Assembly: GCA_021324455.1 (NCBI GenBank) | Contig: JAJPJA010000159.1 | Location: forward strand, 39,239 to 103,238 | Length of the DNA: 64,000 nt | Direction of reading: 5' to 3' | Origin: Pseudomonadota bacterium | Lineage (GTDB): Bacteria > Desulfobacterota > Binatia > Binatales > Binataceae | Shown: piece by piece, positions 29,875 to 40,164 of the stretch | Layout: every line of letters starts with the position of its first letter | How positions within the stretch are numbered: position 1 is the first letter of the stretch | Program-made: the position numbers and the translations under genes | Notes under the pieces: generated by a model | What the model saw: only the letters and a program-made list of their open reading frames with translations | Database searches by the model: none | What the model was told of the DNA's origin: nothing

Positions 29875-30969
29875 TCAGTTAAGCCCGTACAACTCGGCGA
29901 CGTTGTCATGAACGATCAGCCGGAACTCCTCCTCGGTCAGCCCCTCGCGATGCTCCTTCAGCAGGGCCTGCGAATTGGGCCAGGTGGAGTCGCTGTGCGG
30001 AAAGTCGTTGGCCCACAACAGCCGCCGGATGTTGCACAGGTTCTTCATCTGAAACGCCACCCAGTCGTCCTGGAACGTGGTGTAAACGTTTTCCCTGAAG
30101 TACTCGCTGGGCAGCTTGTTAAGGCGTCCCGACGGCGGCAGCCAGTAGCGATGCCGCTTGTAAGCGTGGTCCATGCGGTACATGAAATGCGGGACCCATC
30201 CGGCGTCAGCCTCCACGCATATCACCTTCAACCTGGGATGCCGCTCGAAGACGCCGCCGAAGACGAACACGCCGAGAATATCCTGGCATCCGCGGATGAT
30301 CGCCATCAGGCCGTTAATCCTGGGTCCGCGCTGGCGCAGCGTATCGGCGCGGCTGGTAAGGATGTGGAAGCTCAGCGGCATCTTCAGATCGACCGCCGCC
30401 TCGTAAAAAGGATCGTAGATCGGGTCGTCGTAATCCTTGATCGCCGGATTCCCCGGCAGCATCACGCCGCGGAAGCCCATCTCTTTCATCTTGCGCAGGT
30501 CGGAAATGCCCTCCTCCGGCGTGCGCATCGCGGTCTGCCCCAGCCCGATCAGCCGGTCCGGGTACGGGGCGCAGTATTCGGCGAGCCATCGGTTATAGGC
30601 GTCGAAGCAGGCCTTTTTGTAGTCGAGGTCGGGATGGTTACACAGGGTCATGCCGAGGCTCGGGTAGAGGACTTCGGCGGCGATACCGTCGCGCTCCTGG
30701 TCGGGAATCCGCGCCCTGGGGTCCCAGCCGCCGCGATGCAAATTGTCGAAGCGCGCGCCCCACACCGCCAGTTCCTCGGGTTTCTTGCCCGCGGCGGCGA
30801 CCAGTCCAATCTGCAGCGGACGGTGAAAACCCTCGACCACGAAAACATCGCCCAGTTTGGGATCGCGCACCATGTGCGGCGCCCGCTCCCTGAATTTGGG
30901 CTCGATATAATTCACGTAAGTTTCCGGCGGCTCGGTAATGTGTGAATCGGCGGAGATCATTCCCTTCAT
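29875..30969 (-). CDS. Amidohydrolase_2 family protein
   Basis: ISADSH, AEVLYPS, FHI, EADAGW, NDFPHSDSTWP. Confidence 0.9.
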   Translation of the reverse strand: MKGMISADSHITEPPETYVNYIEPKFRERAPHMVRDPKLGDVFVVEGFHRPLQIGLVAAAGKKPEELAVWGARFDNLHRGGWDPRARIPDQERDGIAAEVLYPSLGMTLCNHPDLDYKKACFDAYNRWLAEYCAPYPDRLIGLGQTAMRTPEEGISDLRKMKEMGFRGVMLPGNPAIKDYDDPIYDPFYEAAVDLKMPLSFHILTSRADTLRQRGPRINGLMAIIRGCQDILGVFVFGGVFERHPRLKVICVEADAGWVPHFMYRMDHAYKRHRYWLPPSGRLNKLPSEYFRENVYTTFQDDWVAFQMKNLCNIRRLLWANDFPHSDSTWPNSQALLKEHREGLTEEEFRLIVHDNVAELYGLN

Positions 30970-31119
30970 CGCGCTGTCCTCCGAACCTGAATATAGCCCA
31001 AAGACCCCGGGGAATGGAGAGCGTGCCGCGGGCTGCAGGGCGCGCCGCGCGGCTTGTCAAATGACTACACAAGGTGCGAGGTTTAGCCCAAATCAAAAGC
31101 ATGCGATTGGAGCGGGACG

Positions 31120-31968
31120 ATGGACTACAGCACGGTCATCTACGAAAAGGTCGAGGATAAAATCCGCCGCCTGACGCTCAACCGGCCTGAAAAGCTCAAC
31201 GCCATGTCGCCCAAACTGCTGCAAGAACTGGACGACGTTTTCAACACCTTCGAAGACGACCCCGACGCCAGCGTGCTGATCATCCGCGGCGCCGGACGCG
31301 CATTCTGCGCCGGATACGATCTCAACGCCGGCTCGTCGTCATCTTCCGCGCCGGCTCCATCGACCCATTCGCGGCCGCGGCGCTTCACGGTCTCGATGGA
31401 CCGCGTCATGTGCCAGCGCATTGTCAACCGATGGCAGCGGTTGTGGTCGCTGCCGAAGCCGACCATCGCGCAGGTGCATGGCTTTTGCCTGGCCGGCGCG
31501 ACCGAGTTCGTCGGCCATTGCGACATCGTCTTCGCCAGCGAGGACGCCACCTTCGGGCATCCCGCGGGCCGCCAACTCGGCGTCCTGCCGTCGCTGTCGC
31601 TGTGGCCGGTGCTGATGGGACCGCGCAAGTCCAAGGAGTACTTCTTCACCGGCGATTCGATGACCGCCCGGGAAGCGCTGGACTGGCATCTGGTCAACCG
31701 CGTCTATCCGCGCGAGAAGCTGGAAGAGGAGACGCTCAACTACGCGCGCCGCGTGGCGCTGGTTTCAGTGGAGCTGCTGGCGCTGCACAAAGCCGCCGTC
31801 AACCGCTACCTGGAAGTGACGGGCTTCCGCGCGGCGGAGCAGTCATCCGCCGATATCGACGTAATTGCGCATAATACCGAGGCGGTCAAAGCCTGGTTCG
31901 AGATGCAGCGCACGATGGGATTGAAAGGAGCGCTGTCGGAGCGCGACCGCAAGTTTCGAAAGAAGTAA
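31120..31968 (+). CDS. Enoyl-CoA hydratase/isomerase family protein
   Basis: LNRPEKLNA, FCAGYD, KPTIAQVHGFCLAG. Confidence 0.9.
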   Translation: MDYSTVIYEKVEDKIRRLTLNRPEKLNAMSPKLLQELDDVFNTFEDDPDASVLIIRGAGRAFCAGYDLNAGSSSSSAPAPSTHSRPRRFTVSMDRVMCQRIVNRWQRLWSLPKPTIAQVHGFCLAGATEFVGHCDIVFASEDATFGHPAGRQLGVLPSLSLWPVLMGPRKSKEYFFTGDSMTAREALDWHLVNRVYPREKLEEETLNYARRVALVSVELLALHKAAVNRYLEVTGFRAAEQSSADIDVIAHNTEAVKAWFEMQRTMGLKGALSERDRKFRKK

Positions 31969-32146
31969 GGGTCGAGTCCTCCGCCTGCCAGGACCCGAGG
32001 AACCGGGTAATCGCGCTGCCCCCGCCGTCACGGCTCTTCTGAGACTCCGCTCCTTAACAGAAAGTAGAGAGCGTTCCTGATCGATATTGCGTCCGAGCGC
32101 TGGTTTTTCGACGGACGGCAATAAGCTCGGGCCGATCGTGTTGAGG

Positions 32147-32947
32147 CTACGCCGGCTGCTTTAAGGGGGCGCCGCCGGCGGCGGGCGGAGCCTGCGCGGC
32201 GCGGCGGCGCATGTCCATGAAGCCTTCCAAAATATCGATCGGAATCGGGAACAGCGTGGTGGAGTTATGCTCGGCGGCGATCTCCTTGAGCGTCTGCAGA
32301 TAGCGGAGCTGAATCGTGATCGGACTGCGCGCCATGATATCGGCTGCGTCCGCCAGTTTCTGTGCCGCCTGAAATTCGCCCTCGGCGCCGATTATCTTGG
32401 CCCGCCGCTCGCGCTCCGCCTCGGCCTGCGCGGCAATCGCCCGCTGCATGTCCTGCGGCAAATCGATGTTCTTCAGCTCCACCAGCACCACCTTGATCCC
32501 CCACGGTTCGGTCTGCGCGTCGACGATCTCCTGGATTCGCGCGTTGAGCTTCTCGCGCTGGCTCAACAGCTCGTCCAGCTCGGTCTGCCCGCCCACCGAT
32601 CGCAGCGTGGTCTGGGCCAGCTGCAAAGTGGCAAAGAGATAATTCTCCACTTCGACCACTGCGCGCGACGGATCGACCACGCGGAAGTACAGCACCGCGC
32701 TGACTTTGACCGTCACGTTGTCGTGCGTGATGACGTCCTGGGCGGGGATCTCAAGGGTGATAGTGCGCAGGTCGATGCGCAGCATCCGCTCAATTATGGG
32801 AAAGATGAAGATCACACCGGGTCCCCGATAGGGCGTGAGGCGGCCCAAACGGAACACCACCGCGCGCTCATACTCGGCCAACACGTTAAGTCCGCTGAAT
32901 AAAAACAGCACCACGATCAAGACCGCGACCCCGATTGCCACCGCCAT
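32147..32947 (-). CDS. Slipin/stomatin (SPFH) protein
   Basis: [40 protein letters not shown]. Confidence 0.94.
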   Translation of the reverse strand: MAVAIGVAVLIVVLFLFSGLNVLAEYERAVVFRLGRLTPYRGPGVIFIFPIIERMLRIDLRTITLEIPAQDVITHDNVTVKVSAVLYFRVVDPSRAVVEVENYLFATLQLAQTTLRSVGGQTELDELLSQREKLNARIQEIVDAQTEPWGIKVVLVELKNIDLPQDMQRAIAAQAEAERERRAKIIGAEGEFQAAQKLADAADIMARSPITIQLRYLQTLKEIAAEHNSTTLFPIPIDILEGFMDMRRRAAQAPPAAGGAPLKQPA

Positions 32948-33001
32948 TGGATTGCTCCTTTGTTCAGGAAACCGCCTGTTGGGAAACGGCCGCCGGCCGC
33001 T

Positions 33002-34312
33002 TCACGCGCTCGATCCGCAAGAGCCCTGTGTCAGCCCCTGCACTTCCAGCTCCATCCCCTTGACCGCTTTGACGCGCGCCGCCGCTCCCACCTCCAGCCG
33101 CTGTTCGCTGGTCGCGCGCCACATCTCGCCGTGGATGAAGATCCATCCGGCGGCGCCGGGAGCGACCGCCTGCCGAATCTCTCCCACTTCTCCCACCAGT
33201 CCTTCGCGTCCGGTGAGCGCCGGCCTTCTGCGCTCCGCCAGCAGCCATGCCAACCCCGCCATCCCGGCGACCAGCGCGACGGTCACACCCGCGATCGCTC
33301 CCCGATTGATCACCAGGTTGGTCTGCGAGGTATCGATCAGAAACAACGAGCCGAGCACGAAGGCTATCACGCCGCCCAGCCCCAGTATCCCGTGCGAGGG
33401 CGTCAGGACCTCCGCCGTGAGCAGCCCGATTCCCAGCAGGAGCAGCAGCAGGCCGGCGTTGTTGATCGGCAGCACTTGAAACGACATCAGCGCCAGCAAC
33501 AGGCAGATGGCGCCGATCACGCCGGGTGCGTAAACGCCGGGATGCGCGAATTCGAAGTAAAGCCCCAGCAGCCCCGCCATCATCAGCAGGTACACGATAT
33601 TCGGATCGGACAGCTTGTCGATCAGCCGCTCCTTGAGCGTCATTTCGCGATACACAATCGGAGCGCCTTCGAGATCGAGTGTCAGCGTACGCTCGCCGAC
33701 AATCACCCGGCGTCCGCTTGCCTGGCGCATCAGGTCAGTCAGATCGCGCGCTACAATGTCGACCACCTTGAGCCGCAGCGCCTCGCTATCGCCAATCGAC
33801 GCGCTCTGACGCACCGCCTTCTCGACCCACGCCTGATTGCGTCCGCGCTGCTCGGCGATGGTGCGGGCGAAGGACGCGGCGTAGCTTTCCATCTTGGTTG
33901 CCGCGGCGCCCTTCTCTTCCAATCCGCCCATCTCCAGCGGATGCGCCGCGCCAATCGTGGTCCCGGGCGCCATCGCCGCTATATTCGCGGCGATGGTGAT
34001 GAAGGTTCCGGCCGAGGCCGCGCTCGCTCCCGCGGGCGCGACATAGACGATCACCGCAATCGGCGCGCCCAGCAGGTCCTTTACGATGCGCCGCGTGGTG
34101 CTGAGCAGGCCGCCGGGCGTATCCAGTTCGATTACCAGCGCACGGGCGCCGCTGCGCGAAGCGGCTTCGATCGAGCCCTCGATGAAGTCGGCGACGGCCG
34201 GATTGATCGACGAATCGATCTGGATAACCAGAACCGGCGCGGGCGCCGCCTGCGCCCGCGCCATGGTCAGGATCAGGCACAGGGCGGCAACGCCCGGCGC
34301 GATCGGAAACAT
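33002..34312 (-). CDS. nfeD: NfeD membrane-bound ClpP-class serine protease
   Basis: LDTPGGL, AASAG, APGTTIGAAHP, TM bundle, C-terminal OB fold GEMWRA; precedes slipin. Confidence 0.92.
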   Translation of the reverse strand: MFPIAPGVAALCLILTMARAQAAPAPVLVIQIDSSINPAVADFIEGSIEAASRSGARALVIELDTPGGLLSTTRRIVKDLLGAPIAVIVYVAPAGASAASAGTFITIAANIAAMAPGTTIGAAHPLEMGGLEEKGAAATKMESYAASFARTIAEQRGRNQAWVEKAVRQSASIGDSEALRLKVVDIVARDLTDLMRQASGRRVIVGERTLTLDLEGAPIVYREMTLKERLIDKLSDPNIVYLLMMAGLLGLYFEFAHPGVYAPGVIGAICLLLALMSFQVLPINNAGLLLLLLGIGLLTAEVLTPSHGILGLGGVIAFVLGSLFLIDTSQTNLVINRGAIAGVTVALVAGMAGLAWLLAERRRPALTGREGLVGEVGEIRQAVAPGAAGWIFIHGEMWRATSEQRLEVGAAARVKAVKGMELEVQGLTQGSCGSSA

Positions 34313-34337
34313 CAACCGGCGCCGGGCCGCGCCGGAT

Positions 34338-35144
34338 TCAGGCTTTGCGCGCAGGGATCTCCTTGCCAAGAGCCTTCATCACCTCCTGGATATCGGCCCA
34401 TACCAGACGCTTGTCGGCGGGATTGCGCAGCAGATAGGCGGGATGGAACGTCGGCATCATGCGGATGCCCCGCAGGTCATGCCAGCGGCCGCGCAATCTG
34501 CTGATCGGGGTCTTGACCCTGAGCAGCGACTGCACCGCGAAGGTTCCCAACCCGACAATCACTTTGGGCCGCACCAGCTCGATCTGGCGCATCAGGAACG
34601 GCTCGCAGGCGGCGACCTCGTCGGGTTCGGGGTTGCGGTTTCCGGGAGGGCGGCATTTGACGACGTTGCAGATGTAAACCTCCTGCCGTCGCAGACGCAT
34701 GCCGCGCTCGATGATGTCGGTGAGAAGCTGGCCCGCGCGGCCGACAAACGGCTCGCCGCGTTCGTCTTCTTCCGCGCCCGGCCCTTCGCCGACGAACATC
34801 AACTCGGCGTTGGGATCGCCGACGCCGAAGACAAGATTGAGGCGTCCGGGCGCCAGCTTGCATCGTTTGCAGTCGCCGATAAATGCCTGCAGCTCCTGCA
34901 GAGTCTGCGTCTTTTCCATTCCCGGGTAGATCGAGAACAACTCCGGCCCCGCTGCTGCCGGGGGCCTGACCGGACGCGGCGGAGCTGCCGGCCGGGCGGC
35001 TTCGGCCGCATCCGGGCCCGCCGCCGCGGCGGGGGGCGGTTCAAAGGGAATCCCCTCCAGACCTTCCTCGCCAAGCTGCGCCAGATAGTCGGAAATTGAG
35101 TCAATCAGGAGGCGTCTGTCAACGGGCGTGGGATCCTGGCTCAT
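34338..35144 (-). CDS. Uracil-DNA glycosylase family 4
   Basis: CKRCKL Fe-S, GEGPG, PFVGRAG, KCRPPGNR, HPAYLLR. Confidence 0.95.
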   Translation of the reverse strand: MSQDPTPVDRRLLIDSISDYLAQLGEEGLEGIPFEPPPAAAAGPDAAEAARPAAPPRPVRPPAAAGPELFSIYPGMEKTQTLQELQAFIGDCKRCKLAPGRLNLVFGVGDPNAELMFVGEGPGAEEDERGEPFVGRAGQLLTDIIERGMRLRRQEVYICNVVKCRPPGNRNPEPDEVAACEPFLMRQIELVRPKVIVGLGTFAVQSLLRVKTPISRLRGRWHDLRGIRMMPTFHPAYLLRNPADKRLVWADIQEVMKALGKEIPARKA

Positions 35145-35235
35145 ATCGGTGCCGGCTTGGAGGCAGCGCTTGCCATTTCAGCGGACATCTTCAACCGGCC
35201 CATCGAAGTTCGCAAGGCGCACCGCGCGGATCTGT

Positions 35236-36480
35236 TCACACCGGCCGCCGCAAAGCGTGCAGGGCGCCCGGGCTTGCGGCGCAGCTCTTTCTGAGCGCCG
35301 CCAGGCGATCGAGAATGATGTCGGCAACCTCATCCTTGCTGGCCTGGGGATAAGGATGCCGGCTGCCATCGGGCGCGATGATGGTCACGATATTGGTATC
35401 GACGCCGAAACCCGCGCCTTCCAGCGTGACGTCGTTGGCAACGATGAGGTCCAGCCCCTTGGATTGCAGCTTGGCAATCGCGTTGCTCTCCGTGTTCTGG
35501 GTTTCCGCGGCGAAGCCGATCAGGATGCGATTGCCTTTGCGCGCGGCCAGCCGCGGCATCTCGTCTTCGATCGGGGCAAGCTCCAGCCGCATCCCCGACG
35601 CCCGTTTCTTGAGCTTGTGGGGCGCCACCGCGGCGGGGCGAAAATCAGCCACCGCCGCCGCCATGATCAAAGTCGTGCACCAGGCGAAGTTGCGCGCGGT
35701 GGCCTCCAGCATCTGCGCCGCGCTCACCGTGTTGATGCGTTCGACGCCGCGCGGAGTCGGCAGCGCCGACGGACCGCTGAGGATCCGGACATCCGCGCCG
35801 CGGCGCCAGGCGGCACGCGCCAGCGCGTAGCCCATTTTGCCCGAGGATCGATTCGACACAAACCGCACCGGATCGATCGCTTCCTGGGTCGGACCGGCGG
35901 TGATCAGGATTTTTTCGCCGGCCAGATCGGGCGGCGTGACCATCCGCTCCAGTTCCTCGACGATTGCCGCCGGATCGCACAGGCGCCCCTTGCCTTCCCA
36001 TCCGCAGGCCAGCGCGCCTTCTTCAGGATCGATGATGCGGACGCCGCGCGCGGCCAGGCGGGCGAGGTTTTCCGTCACCGCCGGATGCCCATACATGTTG
36101 ACGTTCATGGCCGGCGCGAACGCCACCGGGCATCGGGCGGCCAGCAGCACGGTGGTCACGATATCGTCGGCAATACCGGATGCGGCCTTGGCGATGATAT
36201 CGGCGGTGGCGGGGGCGATTACAATGGCGTCGGCATTGTCGGCAAGCCGTATATGGCCGATCTGCGATTCCTGGGTGAGACTGAAGGTTTGCGTGGCGAC
36301 CGGATTGCCGCTCAGAGTCTGCAGCGTCAGCGCAGTGATGAACTCCTGCGCGTTGCGCGTCATCATCACATTGATACGCGCGCCGCGCGTGGACAGCAGC
36401 CGCACCAGTTCCGCCGCTTTATAGGCCGCGATCCCTCCGCTGACGCCGACGACGATCGTTTTGCCGTTAAGCGCACCCAT
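35236..36480 (-). CDS. coaBC: Bifunctional phosphopantothenoylcysteine decarboxylase/synthetase
   Basis: GGIAAYK, APAMN, LACG-G-GRL, DPVRFVSNRSSGKMG, GFAAET. Confidence 0.96.
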   Translation of the reverse strand: MGALNGKTIVVGVSGGIAAYKAAELVRLLSTRGARINVMMTRNAQEFITALTLQTLSGNPVATQTFSLTQESQIGHIRLADNADAIVIAPATADIIAKAASGIADDIVTTVLLAARCPVAFAPAMNVNMYGHPAVTENLARLAARGVRIIDPEEGALACGWEGKGRLCDPAAIVEELERMVTPPDLAGEKILITAGPTQEAIDPVRFVSNRSSGKMGYALARAAWRRGADVRILSGPSALPTPRGVERINTVSAAQMLEATARNFAWCTTLIMAAAVADFRPAAVAPHKLKKRASGMRLELAPIEDEMPRLAARKGNRILIGFAAETQNTESNAIAKLQSKGLDLIVANDVTLEGAGFGVDTNIVTIIAPDGSRHPYPQASKDEVADIILDRLAALRKSCAASPGALHALRRPV

Positions 36481-36551
36481 CGTCGGGCCATTCTAACCCA
36501 ATAATAATGGCAGGCGAAACGGCCCCTTGTTGCGCGGCATTGGGGGCCAGG

Positions 36552-37310
36552 TCACTGCGCCAGAGCGCCGCCGTCAACCGTTATTGCGGCGCCGGTGACG
36601 AACGAGGCGGCGTCCGAGCACAGCCACAGGACCGCGTCCGCCACTTCGCGCGGCTCGCCCGGCCGCCCCATCGGCATCGACGGCGGCGCGCCGGTTGCGC
36701 CCAAAATGCGCATCGATTCCTCATGCTTGTGGGTGCGGATTGCGCCCGGCAAGGTGACGTTCACGCGCACCCCCGCTTTGGCGTACTCCAGCGCCGCGGT
36801 GCGCGAGAGCGCCAGCACGCCGCCCTTGGAAGCGGTGTAAGCGCCCAGCAGCGGCGTGGCGGCCATGGCGACCAGCGAACCGGCGTTGACGATCGCGCCG
36901 CCGCCCTGTTTGACCATCTGCGGGATCTCGTACTTCATGCACAGCCAGACGCTGGTGAGATTGAAGGCGATGGTCCATTCCCATTTTTCTTCGGTGCATT
37001 CGGTTAGCGGCACGTAGTACTGGCCGGCGCCGCCCGCGTTGTTGAAGGCGCAATCCAGGCGCCCGAATGCATTGACGGCCGCGCCCACCATCGCCTCGAC
37101 CTCAGAGGCTTTGGTCACGTCGGTCTGGATGAAGATCGCGTCGCCGCCCCGCTGCTGAATCATCCGGACGGTTTCGTTTCCGGTCTCAGGCACGATATCG
37201 ACAACGGCGACCCTGGCTCCCTCCGCGGCGAAGCGCATGGCGGCGGCGCGTCCGATGTTCTGTCCCGCGCCGGTCACCAGCGCGACTTTGCCAACGAAGG
37301 TTCCGGTCAT
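36552..37310 (-). CDS. SDR oxidoreductase
   Basis: TGAGQNIG, NNAG, YTASK. Confidence 0.92.
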   Translation of the reverse strand: MTGTFVGKVALVTGAGQNIGRAAAMRFAAEGARVAVVDIVPETGNETVRMIQQRGGDAIFIQTDVTKASEVEAMVGAAVNAFGRLDCAFNNAGGAGQYYVPLTECTEEKWEWTIAFNLTSVWLCMKYEIPQMVKQGGGAIVNAGSLVAMAATPLLGAYTASKGGVLALSRTAALEYAKAGVRVNVTLPGAIRTHKHEESMRILGATGAPPSMPMGRPGEPREVADAVLWLCSDAASFVTGAAITVDGGALAQ

Positions 37311-37557
37311 AGGCGCTTCAATCCATAAACGGATTCCGAATCGTTACACGACCGATTTTCCGACGGTGATGGGAATTCTCGGAGCATTTGGTGCTGCAGG
37401 CCGCGCGGAGGCCGCGATCGGCGGGTCGCAGACTGGCAGGCGGCGGCGGTGGGCAAAATGAAGTCCCGGTTCGCGTGTCTCGATATCGACGGGCCTGACA
37501 TCGCATATCGAACGGATGACCTCAGCCGCGCGCATGAGCCCCCAGCTCGAATTGCAA

Positions 37558-39243
37558 CTATTTGTTCGGCGCCAGGGTCTGGCCGGGCAGGTCGCCGGTG
37601 TGATTGCCGTCCTGCAGCAGCATCCTGCCGTTGACGATTACGTGGCTGATACCCTCGGCTTTGGTCACCAGCCGGCGGCCGCCGCGGGGCAGGTCGCGGC
37701 GAATCTCCGGCCGCTCCTCGCATCCGACCTTGTCGCGATCGAAGATCGTAATGTCGGCGGCCATCCCGGGCGCCAGACGGCCGCGGTCGCGCAGCCCGAA
37801 AAACGCCGCCGGCTCCGCCGTGATGCGCCTGACCGCATGCTCCAGCGATAGCATGGCGCGCTCGCGCACGAAGGTGCCGAGCAGGTAGGTGGGATAGCCC
37901 GCGTTGCACAGCATGTCGACGTGGGCGCCGCCGTCGGAGATGCCGATCATGGTGCGCGGATCGCTGAACTTGCGCGCCACCCGTTCGGGGTTGATGTCGA
38001 GCAGCGGGACCATATAGACCAGCTTTAAATCATCTTCGAGCGCCAAATCGAAAAACGTGTCCATCGGATCCTGAGCGCGAGTGCGCGCGATTTGCGCCAC
38101 GCTGCTCCACAAATTGCTTTCCAGCCGCGGGCTGCCGACCTCTTTGACCTGCATGCTCTGCCACCATCGCGGGTCCGCGGCGCGCCTGAACTGGGTCCGG
38201 AACGCCGCGCGGAATTCAGGACTGGAATAGATGCGCTTTTTCTCCTCGACGGTATCGACGGCGAACAGCGGCTTGCAGCATTCAAGCATCCCGAAGATGA
38301 ACGGGTTGCGCAGATGGAACTCGATAATCAGCGGCCGCACCGCGACCTGCGGACGTCCGCCGCGCGCGATCAGCGGCGCCGCCATCTCCAGCGTCTTCAT
38401 GCAGGCCTCGGGATGGTCGTCGGAATCGCGCAGATTAAGCCAGGTCACCGGACGCCCGCTGGCGTCCATCAGCAATTCGATCAACTGGTACTCGCGATCC
38501 GACAGCGTACTGGGACGCCGCGTCAGCGCGATTTCGATCACGCCGCGGCCGGCTTCGCGCAGCACGCCGCCGTACGCGCGCAGCTCGTCGTCGCTGGCCA
38601 GGCGGCAGGCCAGCGGATGTCCCTTGTAGCCCAGATGCTGCGGCATCACGGTGAGCGAAAAGCCCAGCGCGCCGGCGTCGACGGCGCCGGCGAGCAGACG
38701 GCGGATTTGCGCCGTCTCCTCTTCGCTGGCGGCGCGGCTCATCGCGTCCTCGCCCATCACCCAATGCCGAAACGGGGAGAGCGCGGCGAGAAAGCCCAGG
38801 TTGATTCCGCTGCCGCGGCGGCGCGCCGCTTCGATGTAATCAGGGAAGCTCTGCCAATCCCAGGTCAGGCCGCCTTCCAGCACGTCGTAGGGAATCGCCT
38901 CGACATGTTCCAGGTTCCGGGCCGCGATTTCATGTTCCTTTGAAGTGGGCCGGCATGGCGCCAGACCCACGCCGCAGTTGCCCATGATCACGGTCGTCAC
39001 GCCATGCCATGAGGAGCAGCTGACCAGCGGGTCCCAGCAGATCTGGGCGTCGTAATGGGTATGCGGGTCGATAAAGCCGGGGCTGACGATCAGGTCCGCG
39101 GCGTCGATCGTGCGCGCCGCCGGTCCGTCCACGCCGCCGACCTCGACGATGCGTCCGGCTTGCACCGCGACGTTGCCGCGATAAGCCGGCGCGCCGCTGC
39201 CGTCCACGACAGTTCCGTTTTTGATCAGCAGATCGTAGGCCAT
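37558..39243 (-). CDS. N-acyl-D-amino-acid deacylase-like amidohydrolase
   Basis: PGFIDPHTHYD, GNCG, SDGGAH, RGRLAPG-AD. Confidence 0.9.
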   Translation of the reverse strand: MAYDLLIKNGTVVDGSGAPAYRGNVAVQAGRIVEVGGVDGPAARTIDAADLIVSPGFIDPHTHYDAQICWDPLVSCSSWHGVTTVIMGNCGVGLAPCRPTSKEHEIAARNLEHVEAIPYDVLEGGLTWDWQSFPDYIEAARRRGSGINLGFLAALSPFRHWVMGEDAMSRAASEEETAQIRRLLAGAVDAGALGFSLTVMPQHLGYKGHPLACRLASDDELRAYGGVLREAGRGVIEIALTRRPSTLSDREYQLIELLMDASGRPVTWLNLRDSDDHPEACMKTLEMAAPLIARGGRPQVAVRPLIIEFHLRNPFIFGMLECCKPLFAVDTVEEKKRIYSSPEFRAAFRTQFRRAADPRWWQSMQVKEVGSPRLESNLWSSVAQIARTRAQDPMDTFFDLALEDDLKLVYMVPLLDINPERVARKFSDPRTMIGISDGGAHVDMLCNAGYPTYLLGTFVRERAMLSLEHAVRRITAEPAAFFGLRDRGRLAPGMAADITIFDRDKVGCEERPEIRRDLPRGGRRLVTKAEGISHVIVNGRMLLQDGNHTGDLPGQTLAPNK

Positions 39244-39372
39244 CGCGCAGCCCTCCCTGATCAGGACATTGCGCGCCCCCTCGGCGCAAAGTCAAGCCGT
39301 TGCGGGGCTGGCAATAAGACCCACCCGCGGCCATCATACGGCTGACATAACCAGGGCAGCGGGAGTCAAACC

Positions 39373-40134
39373 ATGGCGGGAATGCTTGAGGGCAAATGCG
39401 CGCTGATCACGGGCGCGGGAACGGGAATCGGACGCGGCGCCGCGCTGTGTTTCGCGCGCCACGGCGCACGCGTCGCAGTGGCCGATATCGCGTCCGAAAC
39501 CGGCGAGGAAACCGTCCGCATGATCAAGGCGGACGGCGGGGACGCCATCTTCATCAGGTGCAACGTGGCCGCGGCCGCCGAGGTCAAGGCCATGGTCGAG
39601 CGCGCGGTGGCGGCCTTCGGACGGCTGGACTGCGCCTTCAACAATGCCGGCGTCGAGGCCTCTTTGCTCAAACTTGCCGACGACAGCGAAGAGAACTTCG
39701 ATCGCCTCGTGTCGATCAATCTGAAGGGCGTATGGTTGTGCATGAAGCACGAGATTCATCAGATGACCGCGCAGGGCGGCGGCGCCATCGTCAATACCGC
39801 CTCGACCGCGGGTGTCGTCGGCACCGAGCTTCACGCGATCTACTGCGCGACCAAGTTCGGCGTGATCGGCCTGACCAAAACCGGCGCAATCGAATACGCC
39901 AGAGAGGGCATCCGCATCAATGCGGTTTGCCCGGGCGGCACGGAAACCCCGATGCTCCAGCGGCTGATTCCCGAACTCAAGCAGCGCGGACGCGTGATGG
40001 GACGGATGACGCCGCTGGCGCGCACCGCCCAGCCCGAGGAGATAGGCGAGGCGGCGGCGTGGCTGTGCTCGGATCGCGCGTCGTTCGTCACCGGACACGC
40101 GCTGGTAGCCGACGGCGGGTTGACGGTTCAGTGA
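39373..40134 (+). CDS. SDR oxidoreductase
   Basis: TGAGTGIG, NNAG, YCATK. Confidence 0.92.
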   Translation: MAGMLEGKCALITGAGTGIGRGAALCFARHGARVAVADIASETGEETVRMIKADGGDAIFIRCNVAAAAEVKAMVERAVAAFGRLDCAFNNAGVEASLLKLADDSEENFDRLVSINLKGVWLCMKHEIHQMTAQGGGAIVNTASTAGVVGTELHAIYCATKFGVIGLTKTGAIEYAREGIRINAVCPGGTETPMLQRLIPELKQRGRVMGRMTPLARTAQPEEIGEAAAWLCSDRASFVTGHALVADGGLTVQ

Positions 40135-40164
40135 GGCCCACACGAAGTTGATTGAGGTAAGACG

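Noticed and set aside
31969..32146. Short hairpins between convergent genes as a possible ncRNA
   Set aside because: Only 5-6-bp stems, expected by chance at this GC content; no recognisable motif
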